The notes under the pieces were generated by a model. It saw only the letters and a list, made by a program, of their open reading frames with translations. It was not told the DNA's origin and ran no database searches. A stretch of 64,000 nucleotides of DNA from Minisyncoccota bacterium (GTDB lineage Bacteria; Patescibacteriota; Minisyncoccia; Phycocordibacterales; XYD1-FULL-46-19). Location: NCBI GenBank assembly GCA_041649495.1, contig JBAZMZ010000001.1, positions 623 to 64,622 on the forward strand, given 5' to 3'. Each line of letters begins with the position of its first letter. Positions within the stretch are counted from its first letter, which is position 1. Position numbers and translations under genes: made by a program. Shown one piece after another: positions 10,232-20,199 of this stretch.

Positions 10232-11033
10232 GTTTTTTTAGTTTAAACAGGTAGCCCTTAAATTCTCCCCGAAAATTATGGCGCGCAATCTTTCTTTCTG
10301 GAGTTTCAAAATCTATTATCAACTCATATCGGGGGGCCAAAAAGTCTAGTAATTTTTGTTCACTGAAAAACCAACATGGGTAGCTGGCAGAGTAAATTTG
10401 TGGCGGGACTTTTTGGAGAGTAATAAAATCCTTGTTCCGTTTAGTTACACTTGTTCGGTCAAAGATTATAAATTCTAAATTTTTTGACAAAACTTCAGTC
10501 AAAATATCATACGGTTTTTCTATATACTGCAAAGAGCTGGAAAAAACTATTGTTGTTGGGTTAGTTTTTTTGATGCAATCTGAAATATTTTTGTAGAAAT
10601 TAAGTTGTTTATTAGAAAAATTTTCCTGCCCACATTTAACAAAGTTCGGTTGTTCAACAACGTTCCAGTGGATAGACAACAAATGTTTTATAAAAGGAAG
10701 GTGTTGGAAATAAATGCTCCCAAGGGAACCACCAAAATCAATCAGATTTAATCTCTGGCTATTTTGCCCGGCTACAAAGAGGAGGTTTGCTAGTAATGGC
10801 CACCGGGGTTCTTTTTTGTAAAACAAAACGGAATCTCGTTCATAAGTTGCCTCACCGGTCGTGACCTTAAGTAGGGCATTTTTAACTCTAGACAATATCA
10901 ATTTGTCGTTATAGCCGGTACTTTTTAATGCCACTTCAGACCAGTTTTGGTAAGGTCCAAACCAGCCATATCTTTGGCTGAGAATAAACCCCCTGATCTT
11001 TTTTGGGGTAACTTTTTTAAGAAAATTTTTCAT
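10224..11033 (-). CDS. TIGR04325-like methyltransferase of polysaccharide clusters
   Basis: YGWFGPYQNWSEV...IDFGGSLGS resembles the LIC12133/TIGR04325 family. Confidence 0.5.
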   Translation of the reverse strand: MKNFLKKVTPKKIRGFILSQRYGWFGPYQNWSEVALKSTGYNDKLILSRVKNALLKVTTGEATYERDSVLFYKKEPRWPLLANLLFVAGQNSQRLNLIDFGGSLGSIYFQHLPFIKHLLSIHWNVVEQPNFVKCGQENFSNKQLNFYKNISDCIKKTNPTTIVFSSSLQYIEKPYDILTEVLSKNLEFIIFDRTSVTKRNKDFITLQKVPPQIYSASYPCWFFSEQKLLDFLAPRYELIIDFETPERKIARHNFRGEFKGYLFKLKKHV

Positions 11034-11770
11034 ATTATTTTTGCAGCACTGTCAGTTGTTCGATGGCCTTTGGCCCTTTCGAAGTAAGAATTGAATATCT
11101 TAAGGGCATCTTTGGGGGAAATTAAGTTATTCCTAACGCAATACCAATTTAAATAATTTTTCTCATAGACATTTGACCTAAAGGTTGCCCTAGCTTTTTT
11201 CACATTAAGAGCTCCAAGGGCGCTGAGGCGATGATTCCCATCAATAACCAAATATCTTACCTGGTTGTCTGTTTTGATGAGGCGGACTAACTCTATATAG
11301 TTATTATTTTTTTGGGGCTCATAACCGTTTTTTTTGATCAAATAATAGGCTCTTTCTAGCCAAACGAATTCTTCTTCGAGCCTAAAATTCAAGACACCTT
11401 TTGCTGAAAAGTGGGTCATAATGTCTGGGCAGTCGTTAGGGTCATCGAGCCAACAGCGGTCTTTTTCCATAAAAACACTTTTATTGTATTTAATCCATGG
11501 ATAAATCCAGAGGGGGACGTAATTTTCCAAAGTTATCCCTAGTGCTTGCCCTAGGTTTTTGGGTCTGTAATATTTTATAAAATCTATGAATTTTTCTTGT
11601 CGCTTGTCTTTTTCTATACCGTCATGCAGCTCGAGCGTATAGGTTTGATATGGATTATAATCATTGCCCCCATAACGGAAGCCTCCATAATGAACACACT
11701 CGTTTATCGATACTTCAACAGCAAAAGGAGGAATTATTTTTTTTAGGATCGATTTTATGAATTGTGGCAT
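11030..11770 (-). CDS. hypothetical protein with a ParB/sulfiredoxin-like DGxHR motif
   Basis: YLVIDGNHRLSALGAL. Confidence 0.3.
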   Translation of the reverse strand: MPQFIKSILKKIIPPFAVEVSINECVHYGGFRYGGNDYNPYQTYTLELHDGIEKDKRQEKFIDFIKYYRPKNLGQALGITLENYVPLWIYPWIKYNKSVFMEKDRCWLDDPNDCPDIMTHFSAKGVLNFRLEEEFVWLERAYYLIKKNGYEPQKNNNYIELVRLIKTDNQVRYLVIDGNHRLSALGALNVKKARATFRSNVYEKNYLNWYCVRNNLISPKDALKIFNSYFERAKGHRTTDSAAKII

Positions 11771-12435
11771 ACTATGTAAATTCTCTCCCTATTTAAGGGG
11801 TCATCTTTACCTAAAACAAAATTATCTTTGATTTTTAGGTTGTGTATTTTTAATATCTCGCTTATCTCTTCTTTTTTATGAATAAAGTTTTTTATATCTC
11901 CCCAGGTTTTAATCTCATTTTTTCCTAACGCGAGATTCTTAATCTTACGTATTTTTCTTATAAGTCGGGAAGCAAGGGGGAGTTTTTTTTCTTGTCTCGG
12001 TTCAAATGTTTGAATAATTAATTCTTTTCGAAAAATACGACCAAATTCAGAAATCATCTTGTTGAGATCTTTTGAATTTAATAGATGAACTAATCTCCAG
12101 CAGATGACATAATCGATTGAATTGCCAGGAAAAGGCAGGGACGTGACATTGCCCAAGAATAGCTTTATTTTTTCATTATTTTTAAATTTATCTCTTACTT
12201 TTGCTAACATATCCGCAGAGATATCTGCTCCCATGACCGTCATATTTTTTTCCAGGAAGAAATCTACAAACCGACCAGTGCCAATGGGGGCATCAAGAAT
12301 GGTCGTCCCCATATCTAACCGAGAGAAGTAATCTCTTACAAAATCTTGCTCCCTTTCCCAAATCGGTTCGACAACACGGTCCCTCTCGTAATTATCGGCG
12401 ATATCCCCATAATAAGCTTTATTAGCGTTTATCAT
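11755..12435 (-). CDS. class I SAM-dependent methyltransferase
   Basis: ILDAPIGTGRF motif I and IDYVICWRLVHL. Confidence 0.7.
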   Translation of the reverse strand: MINANKAYYGDIADNYERDRVVEPIWEREQDFVRDYFSRLDMGTTILDAPIGTGRFVDFFLEKNMTVMGADISADMLAKVRDKFKNNEKIKLFLGNVTSLPFPGNSIDYVICWRLVHLLNSKDLNKMISEFGRIFRKELIIQTFEPRQEKKLPLASRLIRKIRKIKNLALGKNEIKTWGDIKNFIHKKEEISEILKIHNLKIKDNFVLGKDDPLNRERIYIVCHNS

Positions 12436-12436
12436 T

Positions 12437-13366
12437 TTATTTTAATTTAGAAATTATTCGGCGCCAAATTTTTATTAAAAAAATTACTGGCCATGAATGA
12501 TTAAATTCAGAATGCATGATTGAAAAAATTATCTTATCATATTCTTTATCAACAACAAGGTTGCCATTATTTTTTAGGGGGAAATTAAGCTCTTGTCTTT
12601 CTAGCTTTTCGATTTGGGGCATTAAGGTCTTTGTATGGGTTGCCTCGGGGCCAAAGCCAATATTTGCTATTAAGTTTCTAGAAGGGAAAATAGCCAAACC
12701 ATTATAAAATGTTCTGAAAAAGGCCCATTGATATTCCCATTTTTTCTCTCTAATTCCAATGTTAAACAAATAGCGACGAGCCCAGTATTGTTTATTGTTG
12801 CCAATTTTTTCTTTTATTTTTTTCCTAGTCTCTCGGTCTTTCCATTGTTTCATTTCTGGATCGAGGAGCTCCCATGCTCGACGCCATGTTGCCCATCCCC
12901 AGACACCGCCTAGTGCCGAGAAGTAATAGTCTTGTTGGTCAGCTTTCCATTCCCCAGCCCAATTCATTCCGCTGACCATCATTATTTTGTTGTCATTCTT
13001 GTATTTTTCCAGCATTTGTTCACAGAAAAAGAAGAAAGATTGATTAGGTAAACAATCGTCCTCTATGATAATTGCTCGATCATATTTGGCTAAAATTTGA
13101 TTGATGCCGGAATAGACCCTCTCACTACAACCTAAATTAGTGCTAGAAAAGTCTTTAATAAATTCACAATCCCAGTCAATATCGGCGACTACGGCTTGGG
13201 ACTGTTCACATAACTCTTTTTCTCCGGGTTTATCTGGCCGAGGCCCGTCGGCTACAATATAAAGGTATTTTGGTTTGACTCTCTTGATCTCCTCAAAAAC
13301 TCGGATAGCCCGATCTGGCCGATTGAAGATGACAAATAAAATTGGGGTATTTAAAACCAGGGCCAT
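12437..13366 (-). CDS. putative glycosyltransferase (GnT-I-like EDD motif)
   Basis: PILFVIFNRPD...IIEDDCLP motifs. Confidence 0.45.
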   Translation of the reverse strand: MALVLNTPILFVIFNRPDRAIRVFEEIKRVKPKYLYIVADGPRPDKPGEKELCEQSQAVVADIDWDCEFIKDFSSTNLGCSERVYSGINQILAKYDRAIIIEDDCLPNQSFFFFCEQMLEKYKNDNKIMMVSGMNWAGEWKADQQDYYFSALGGVWGWATWRRAWELLDPEMKQWKDRETRKKIKEKIGNNKQYWARRYLFNIGIREKKWEYQWAFFRTFYNGLAIFPSRNLIANIGFGPEATHTKTLMPQIEKLERQELNFPLKNNGNLVVDKEYDKIIFSIMHSEFNHSWPVIFLIKIWRRIISKLK

Positions 13367-13527
13367 AACTTAATTTTAATTGTAACTTAAAATCTCGCAT
13401 GTTTCAAGCTGAGTTTTGCTCTAAAAATGCTTGATTTTTTGATAGATAAACAAAATTATGCAGACTCTTTATTTGGAAGATTAAAGACATGACAATTAGA
13501 TAATGAATCAATAGTTTGCAATTATCG

Positions 13528-13576
13528 CAAAAAAATATAAGCAAAGAGCCTGGCAATGATTTCCACTGCCAGGCTC
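13528..13576 (-). terminator. rho-independent terminator downstream of the radical SAM gene
   Basis: Perfect 10-bp stem (gagcctggca/tgccaggctc) followed by a U-run on the minus strand. Confidence 0.6.
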
Positions 13577-13635
13577 GAAAAGAACGGGATGCAATTTCCT
13601 CTGCTTCTGCACAGAATGGAAGATGGCAGATCCCC

Positions 13636-15069
13636 TTACCCTATGCTGTGCTCGATGCTTTGTACCACGGTCTGTGGGTAAGGGATACCCAACTCTTCCC
13701 GCACTTTCTGTTCGACTTGGTCTCGCCGGGCGACGACTTCCTCCGCCGACAAGAAGTCGGTGAAGACATTTGCTTGGTATTCCCCGGGGCGTCCTTTGTA
13801 GAAGCTCCCGGAGAACGCTAGCCAATCGATCTCCCGGCTATAAAGTCGGTCGCCATTGGGACGGGTGTAGACCCACACTCCTGCTCTCGTCGGGTCTGGG
13901 ACAGCTTCGTCATGGTAGGACGTTCCTGGGTACACCGTAACGATTGTGGCGTCAAAGTCGTCCACGCCATTTTCAAGCAGCCACTTCTGTGTCGCTTGGA
14001 TCGTTGCCGACGATTCACCTGGGTGGCCAATTGACATCAGGGCCTTGACCTTTAGTTGATGAGCCCGAGCGATTTCCACGCATCGGGTGTTCTCCTCCGC
14101 TGTTGATCGCTTGCTCATGTTCTGGAGCATTCTGTCCGACCCTGACTCAAAACCCGCCAGGATCCAGCGGAAACCGGCTTCGTACATCAGCCCAGCTTGT
14201 TCATTCGTGAAAAGTTGGGACTTCACGAATCCGCGAAGACGGAATTCTGCACCGAGACGCTCTTGTAGTCCGATGATTCCCCTTAGTAATTTGGGGAACA
14301 TCGGGCTCACATTGAGCTCGTCGTCAAAGAACATGAAGCCTTTGACGCCGTAAGTCTGGTGCAATTGCTCTATCTCGGCCAAGATGCTTCCGATGGGGCG
14401 ACTACGCATTCGCCGAAACGAAGGCGCATGACGCCCGCCACAGAATCCACAACCAAACGGGCAGCCGAGTTGCGAGACGAGGCTTAAGGCCTCTTCTCCC
14501 TCGATTCGGTAGTGATAACTACCGATATCGATGAGTTCTCTGTCGGGCCAAGGGAGACGGGCTAGGTCCTCTCTTGTTAAGAACAGGGGGCTTTTGGGAT
14601 CGTCGGCACTGATCAGTTTGGGCGGGTTGGGCCCTAATGCCACGAAGATGGCCTTTTCACCATCCCCGGCGACCAGGACGTCAACCAAGTCCTTTAGCTG
14701 ACGCAGGGCCACTGTCGCTCGGCCGGGAGATTTTTCTCTTCGCGCTGAGGCGTTGATCAGTGTCACGTGAGCTCCACCCAAAATAATCCGGACCGTTGGC
14801 TGTTCGTGGCGAATAATTGCCACGATTTTGGCCACGGCCGGCATCTGTGGTGTTGTGGCCGTGATACCAACGGTCACGGGTTTTGTCTCCCGCAAATACT
14901 CACAGAGGACTTCTTCATAATTGACGGTGCCGGACAGATCCAACACCTCAACCCGAAGACCCTTCTCCTCCATTGCTGCTGCCACCTTTAGTGCCCCCAG
15001 ACTGACGAATACTCGCTGGTCAGACAGGAAAGCGGAAGGGGTCATGATTAGGCACACTTTTTTATCCAA
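13636..15069 (-). CDS. B12-binding domain radical SAM protein (class B radical SAM, putative methyltransferase); distinctly GC-rich
   Basis: CPFGCGFC (CxxxCxxC) cluster after an N-terminal B12-binding-like domain. GC content is far above the flanks. Confidence 0.8.
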   Translation of the reverse strand: MDKKVCLIMTPSAFLSDQRVFVSLGALKVAAAMEEKGLRVEVLDLSGTVNYEEVLCEYLRETKPVTVGITATTPQMPAVAKIVAIIRHEQPTVRIILGGAHVTLINASARREKSPGRATVALRQLKDLVDVLVAGDGEKAIFVALGPNPPKLISADDPKSPLFLTREDLARLPWPDRELIDIGSYHYRIEGEEALSLVSQLGCPFGCGFCGGRHAPSFRRMRSRPIGSILAEIEQLHQTYGVKGFMFFDDELNVSPMFPKLLRGIIGLQERLGAEFRLRGFVKSQLFTNEQAGLMYEAGFRWILAGFESGSDRMLQNMSKRSTAEENTRCVEIARAHQLKVKALMSIGHPGESSATIQATQKWLLENGVDDFDATIVTVYPGTSYHDEAVPDPTRAGVWVYTRPNGDRLYSREIDWLAFSGSFYKGRPGEYQANVFTDFLSAEEVVARRDQVEQKVREELGIPYPQTVVQSIEHSIG

Positions 15070-15134
15070 GACGTTTCTCCTTCTGCTTTCAAGCAGGGTT
15101 GTGTGAATGACAAAGTTTCCTTTTAAAAAATACT

Positions 15135-16127
15135 CTAAATAGAGCTATTTGTCAAATTCAAATTTTTTGTAAATATTTTCTTAAATCGGTGTTTAATCCT
15201 TAAATAATAACCCAAAAGACTATCCCTTGGGACATAAATTGGCGATGGGAACTTAATTTGCAATGGGGGATGTGTTCTCCCAAAGGTTTTTTCGGGGTTA
15301 GGTATTAAAATATCACCTATTTCTATTAGTTCACTCAGTATATTCCTGGTAAAATCGCGACAATTAAATGTACAGATGAAATCAAGAGCTTTTTTGTTAA
15401 AAACATAATAATGTTCAACAAAAATATCCCTCCAATTATAGTTCATTTTACCGTCATTGTACTCTCTCAAATAATAAGATTCATTAAAATTCACACGATG
15501 TAAATACTCCACCTCAGGGCAGGTATAGGCACTCAATCCGGCACATAAAAAGCGCCAAGCAAAGCCCTGAGTGTCAAAACCGTGTAATGTAGGGTACCCT
15601 CCAGTTTTAGCAAAAGCTTCTTTTGTATACATAAAATTGACACAGAGGGGAAGAAAGCCTTTGTTTTTTGAGAGTAAAGATTCAAACGGTATTTTTTTGT
15701 TGAGGTAAGGGGAGGTTTCTATGTGGTGGATATTTTCGATATTTTTACCGCTAAACTTTATTGATCGATGGATGGTTACTCCGTCACATTCTTTTTCTTT
15801 CAAAAATTTTACCATTTTTCCTAATGCTCCTTTGGGTAACAAGTCATCACTGTCCAAACAAAAAATAATATTTCCGGTAGATTTTTGGACGGCAGTATTT
15901 CTTGTTGCTCCGCCACCTAAATTTTTTTCGTGTTGGTAATGGCCAAGATTGGGGTATTTTCTAGCCAATTTCTCAATAACTTCTTGGGTTTTGTCTGTTG
16001 AAGCATCGTCAACCAAGATCAATTCAAATGGAATTGTCAGTCCTTGCTGACAGGCCGAAACCACGGCTTCTTCGAGCGTGTCTTGGCAATTATAACAGGG
16101 GATTATTATAGATAATTTATCGTTCAT
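15135..16127 (-). CDS. family 2 glycosyltransferase
   Basis: LSIIIPCYNCQDTL...LILVDDASTD...DSDD. Confidence 0.8.
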   Translation of the reverse strand: MNDKLSIIIPCYNCQDTLEEAVVSACQQGLTIPFELILVDDASTDKTQEVIEKLARKYPNLGHYQHEKNLGGGATRNTAVQKSTGNIIFCLDSDDLLPKGALGKMVKFLKEKECDGVTIHRSIKFSGKNIENIHHIETSPYLNKKIPFESLLSKNKGFLPLCVNFMYTKEAFAKTGGYPTLHGFDTQGFAWRFLCAGLSAYTCPEVEYLHRVNFNESYYLREYNDGKMNYNWRDIFVEHYYVFNKKALDFICTFNCRDFTRNILSELIEIGDILIPNPEKTFGRTHPPLQIKFPSPIYVPRDSLLGYYLRIKHRFKKIFTKNLNLTNSSI

Positions 16128-16131
16128 CTAG

Positions 16132-17022
16132 TCAATCGTTATTTTTTATCAAATTGATCCAATAGTCCAGGAAAAGAGGTTTAGTATTGGCTTGGGCCAT
16201 TATCTCTGTGTATTTACTAGCTAACTCTGTTTCGGAGAAATTTTTAATTTCTTGCCAGTCATCAACGAGCCAAATAGGCAGCCCTAATTGTGAAAAAGAT
16301 TCCATCATAAATGAGCGTTTCACTATCGGGATGACTCCTAGGTACATCGCCTCCCACATTCTATGAGAATCAATGGCATTACCTGGGGGCGAAGCTACAA
16401 ATTTATAGCCGTTTAATTTCTCTAAATACTGTTTGGCGTTTAGTTTCCCCCTTATTTCGTCTGCAGAGGGGCATTTAATGAGGGCATCATAAGCTGGCTG
16501 TCTTTCCCCTGGATTGGTGGAGATACTGAAACCAAACAGAATACGATTTATTTTATCCCCTCCTTTCCATCGGTTTTTGTCAAAAAGTTTTGTTATTCCA
16601 TTATTATAATAGCTTAAATTCTCTAGTCCGGCGGGAATGGGTGTAATTTGGGGGTGGGAGACAGTAACACTCATCGCGTACCATTTGTTAATCTTTTTGT
16701 CTGCGTATTTCGCCAATTGCTCAGTAACTAGAGTATCTCCGTTATGGGTAATTAATATATAGGGCTTAGTAATATGGGGGTGGACTTCTTGAAAGAATTT
16801 TTCAGCTTGCTCAATGCAAACAAAAATTATCGTGTTTTCTTTTATCTTCCCTAAAACAATTGAATTTAATCCTTTTTCGTATACCATATTTGCAAAAGCC
16901 CTGAAAGAATCACCGCTTATATAGGGGCAACTTGAGGGATGAGGATTAGGCAACAGCTTAATTGCTCGTCGATACAGACCTCGCCTTAATCTAAAGATAA
17001 AATTTTGAATAAGGAGAAACAT
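16132..17022 (-). CDS. hypothetical protein of the glycan cluster (possibly glycosyltransferase-like)
   Basis: Lies in an operon with GT and MT genes; no clear motif. Confidence 0.35.
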   Translation of the reverse strand: MFLLIQNFIFRLRRGLYRRAIKLLPNPHPSSCPYISGDSFRAFANMVYEKGLNSIVLGKIKENTIIFVCIEQAEKFFQEVHPHITKPYILITHNGDTLVTEQLAKYADKKINKWYAMSVTVSHPQITPIPAGLENLSYYNNGITKLFDKNRWKGGDKINRILFGFSISTNPGERQPAYDALIKCPSADEIRGKLNAKQYLEKLNGYKFVASPPGNAIDSHRMWEAMYLGVIPIVKRSFMMESFSQLGLPIWLVDDWQEIKNFSETELASKYTEIMAQANTKPLFLDYWINLIKNND

Positions 17023-17028
17023 AGTGCT

Positions 17029-17790
17029 TTAAGGCTGAGTCGCCTCTTTTGCTTGGTATAAATAATCAACACCATTGATAATTGTAATTAGTTGGTAGTT
17101 GTAATCTAGAAAAGACCCTATTTTTTTTTGTCTTTTCTCGCTATGTATCTCAATAAGTAAAAAATTTGGCTTATACTTCCTAAAGCTTAAGCCTCTCAGA
17201 GCTTCTAGCTCGTAACCCTCGATATCTAGAGTAAGTAGATCTATCGTTCTCATTTTATGACTTAAAAAATACTCATCTAAAAGTGAGTCTAATGTCGAGG
17301 TTGGAACGGTGATTTCTCTCGCGGTTATTTTCTGAGCTTTTTCACCAGCACGAACCCAATCTAAATAGTCAAACGAATCATCTTTGACTATGGTCATGGC
17401 GTTACAGTCAATAAGCGTTAAAACTGGTTTTAGAAAATCACAACTGACCAAAGCTTTTTTAACGATTATCGATCGGGGACGATTTATCTGGCAATATCGG
17501 CTGGCTCGGGTCGGTTCTATTATTATCCCGGTCCAACCCAGGAAACGTTCAAGGTAGTAAGTTGGATCTTGAAAGTAGCCATCATTTCCTCCTCCCACAA
17601 CAAAAAATCCTCCTTTTTTGTTGATATATTTTAACAATTTGTCGTGACCCAAATAAGGTTTAGAAAATTTTTCATCTCCCCACCATTCATATATTTTCCT
17701 TTTAAGTATTGTTAGTTGCGCAAATAGGTAGGGTTTTATTTTTTTTAGTATATTTATCATTGCTTTATGAGTTTTTGCCACTATCGACAC
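17029..17790 (-). CDS. FkbM-family methyltransferase
   Basis: IDLLTLDIEGYELEALRG, typical of Methyltransf_21/FkbM. Confidence 0.65.
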   Translation of the reverse strand: MSIVAKTHKAMINILKKIKPYLFAQLTILKRKIYEWWGDEKFSKPYLGHDKLLKYINKKGGFFVVGGGNDGYFQDPTYYLERFLGWTGIIIEPTRASRYCQINRPRSIIVKKALVSCDFLKPVLTLIDCNAMTIVKDDSFDYLDWVRAGEKAQKITAREITVPTSTLDSLLDEYFLSHKMRTIDLLTLDIEGYELEALRGLSFRKYKPNFLLIEIHSEKRQKKIGSFLDYNYQLITIINGVDYLYQAKEATQP

Positions 17791-18655
17791 TGCTGTTTGT
17801 TCTCCAGAAGCAAATGGGAATTTTATTGTCGGTTCCTACGGAGTATAACAGATTCATCCTGATTTGAAAGTCACGGTCTGAAAAGCGAACAAGACGATCT
17901 TTTTTATTTCTGTAAAGTCCAACCGAAAGAGCTTTTTTCCGCGAAAAGGTTGATCCAGAATGAGTCATGTTCAAACTGCAAAAATCCTCAAAACCTAAGG
18001 CGTCGCTCGGGGTTGTTATCTGTAGGGAGATATCTTTTATCGAAAAATGATCTTCCACCCTTTTTTTACTTGTCTCGAGAAAATTGTCGTTGTCAAAATT
18101 TATATTACCAAACCCTATTAAGGCCAAATCTTTTCGATCCCTGAGCATCCGCAAAGATATTTCTATTGCATCATGCATTAAATAGTCGTCATCGTTGAGG
18201 ATCATCACCACGTCGGTTGTTGCTAACCCGGTCGCCCTGTTTATGCTTAACGCTTGGCCCAAGTTTTTTTCGTTTTTGCGAACAATAAACTCTATTTTCT
18301 CTTCGGGATTATTTTTTTGATAATCTGATACCAAGCCTCGAATAACCTCTGAGGTCTGGTCGCGCGAACAATCATCAATCAAAATTACCTGGTCAGGGAG
18401 ACGAGTCTGGTTAATAATTGATCTAAAAGTCAAGGATAAGAACTTGCTGTGGTTATAACAAGGGACAATAATGGCAATTGTCCTAACTCTGGTTGGTTCA
18501 TTAACTTTCTTTCCCTCGAACTCTTTTTTGAATCTCATCATCTTATTAAGAGGTACTTGACGCTGGCGAATTAGCTCCAAAAACCATTTAGGTAATAATC
18601 CCCGAATAGTGATTTTGGCATTGTATTTAAACATCTCTCGTTGGCTTCTGTTCAT
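17765..18655 (-). CDS. family 2 glycosyltransferase
   Basis: IAIIVPCYNHSKFL...VILIDDCSRD...DDD. Confidence 0.75.
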   Translation of the reverse strand: MNRSQREMFKYNAKITIRGLLPKWFLELIRQRQVPLNKMMRFKKEFEGKKVNEPTRVRTIAIIVPCYNHSKFLSLTFRSIINQTRLPDQVILIDDCSRDQTSEVIRGLVSDYQKNNPEEKIEFIVRKNEKNLGQALSINRATGLATTDVVMILNDDDYLMHDAIEISLRMLRDRKDLALIGFGNINFDNDNFLETSKKRVEDHFSIKDISLQITTPSDALGFEDFCSLNMTHSGSTFSRKKALSVGLYRNKKDRLVRFSDRDFQIRMNLLYSVGTDNKIPICFWRTNSSVDSGKNS

Positions 18656-20199
18656 GGTTTGGAAAAATTTTTGATTCGGAGAATTGCTAAATTAGAAAAC
18701 TTTTTAAAATCTTGCCAATCTTCTTTTTCCACAAAACCCAAGACTTTATAGAGAAGCAGGTAAACAATAACCGCGCCGGGACCCAAGATGGCCAGGGTCG
18801 GGAAGTTGACGATTAAGGGTGAAATTAAAAATTTAGCAACAAAAAAGAAAATAGCCGCAGTCGTGCCAATTCGCCAGATAATTTGGCGATAATATTTGCC
18901 TCGGCCAATTAGGCCCAAATATTTTTTCTCAGCGAAATAAATCATATAAAAGATAGGCAACATTGATAAAAGATAGGCCCAGGCGGCACCGGTGACGCCA
19001 TATTTGGGTAGCAAAAGGAAGAGGAAGAGGGCATTTAGCCCGGCCATAATAGTGTTGAGAATAGAGGAAAATTTTATTTTGCCTAAACCGAAAAAGAAAG
19101 CATTGATGGGCGAAAGCAGGGCAATCATGAAATTTGTCAAAGTTAAGATAACCAAAATGTTGGTGGATTTATTGGCCACGTCGGCATTTATCCAGTAACG
19201 CATGATGGGGTAAGCTAAAAAAATTACAGATAAGGAAATGGCCGAGGCAATAGTTGTGACCAAACGAACAGAACGGATGTAAAAACGCCGAAGTTGTTCT
19301 TGGTTACCCGTACCATTGATGCTGGCCGAAATGGGGAAAATAATCCCAGAGAGGTTGTCGGTTACCCCCGGGATGCGGGCGGCGACATTGCCGGGCAAAC
19401 TATAGTAAGTCAGCTGCGTTGGGCCGATAAAGATTGGGATAATTAGTCGATCTAGGTAGGCAAGGGAAGTACTAGCCGTATTGTTTATTACTGTGGCAAT
19501 TCCAAAACGATAACAATGTCTAATTTCTTCCTTGTCCCAGCCTAATTGGTAATGAGCCAGGGGTAGGATTTGGAGAGCGTATCGACGTCGGACTAAAACA
19601 AAGATGGCAGTTAGGATTAACTGGGAAATAAAAATGGCGATTAATTTATAGCCGAGCAAAACTAAAATCAGAATTGTTAATGGGGAGAGCGTAAGATAAA
19701 CGATGTTAACTTTGGAAGAAATATCATAACGCTGGAGCGCTTCGGGGATAATGTTGTATGAATTATTAATTGAACTGATAAAAAAACTCAGACCAGCAAT
19801 AATAAAGAGGATTAGATAAAACTGTTGGCCAGCGAGACGGTCAGCGAAAAGCCAACGACCCCCCAATGAAAGTAAGATTGTGGTGGTTAGGCCAGAAAGA
19901 CCAATGAGGAGGAAGAGGCTATTGGCTGAACGGAGCAACTTTTTGATTTTTTCAGTTTCCAACTGGGCTGAGTATTCGGCGAGGAATTTCATTACGGCGT
20001 AAGAGATCCCCAAGTCGAGCAAGCCGAGCAAACTAGTGATTGCTCCGATAAAGATGTAGATACCATAATCTTTGGCCCCTAATCTAAGGACAACAATTGG
20101 GGTAATAAGAATCGAAAAAACCATTGGCCAGATAAAAGCCGTAAAACGATAAGAAATATTCTTTAGGGTCTTGTAGGTTAAAGAAGAGGTTTCCATCAT
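18652..20199 (-). CDS. oligosaccharide flippase (Wzx/MOP family), polytopic membrane protein
   Basis: Roughly 12-14 predicted TM helices, 515 aa, lying inside the glycan cluster. Confidence 0.75.
   Translation of the reverse strand: MMETSSLTYKTLKNISYRFTAFIWPMVFSILITPIVVLRLGAKDYGIYIFIGAITSLLGLLDLGISYAVMKFLAEYSAQLETEKIKKLLRSANSLFLLIGLSGLTTTILLSLGGRWLFADRLAGQQFYLILFIIAGLSFFISSINNSYNIIPEALQRYDISSKVNIVYLTLSPLTILILVLLGYKLIAIFISQLILTAIFVLVRRRYALQILPLAHYQLGWDKEEIRHCYRFGIATVINNTASTSLAYLDRLIIPIFIGPTQLTYYSLPGNVAARIPGVTDNLSGIIFPISASINGTGNQEQLRRFYIRSVRLVTTIASAISLSVIFLAYPIMRYWINADVANKSTNILVILTLTNFMIALLSPINAFFFGLGKIKFSSILNTIMAGLNALFLFLLLPKYGVTGAAWAYLLSMLPIFYMIYFAEKKYLGLIGRGKYYRQIIWRIGTTAAIFFFVAKFLISPLIVNFPTLAILGPGAVIVYLLLYKVLGFVEKEDWQDFKKFSNLAILRIKNFSKP

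Noticed and set aside
13508-14353. Minus- and plus-strand ORFs overlapping the radical SAM gene (13508..13825 -, 13516..13821 +, 13818..14030 -, 14087..14353 +)
   Set aside because: They lie inside the GC-rich island, where stop codons are rare on all frames. They have no motifs and are fully contained in or overlapping the well-supported radical SAM CDS.
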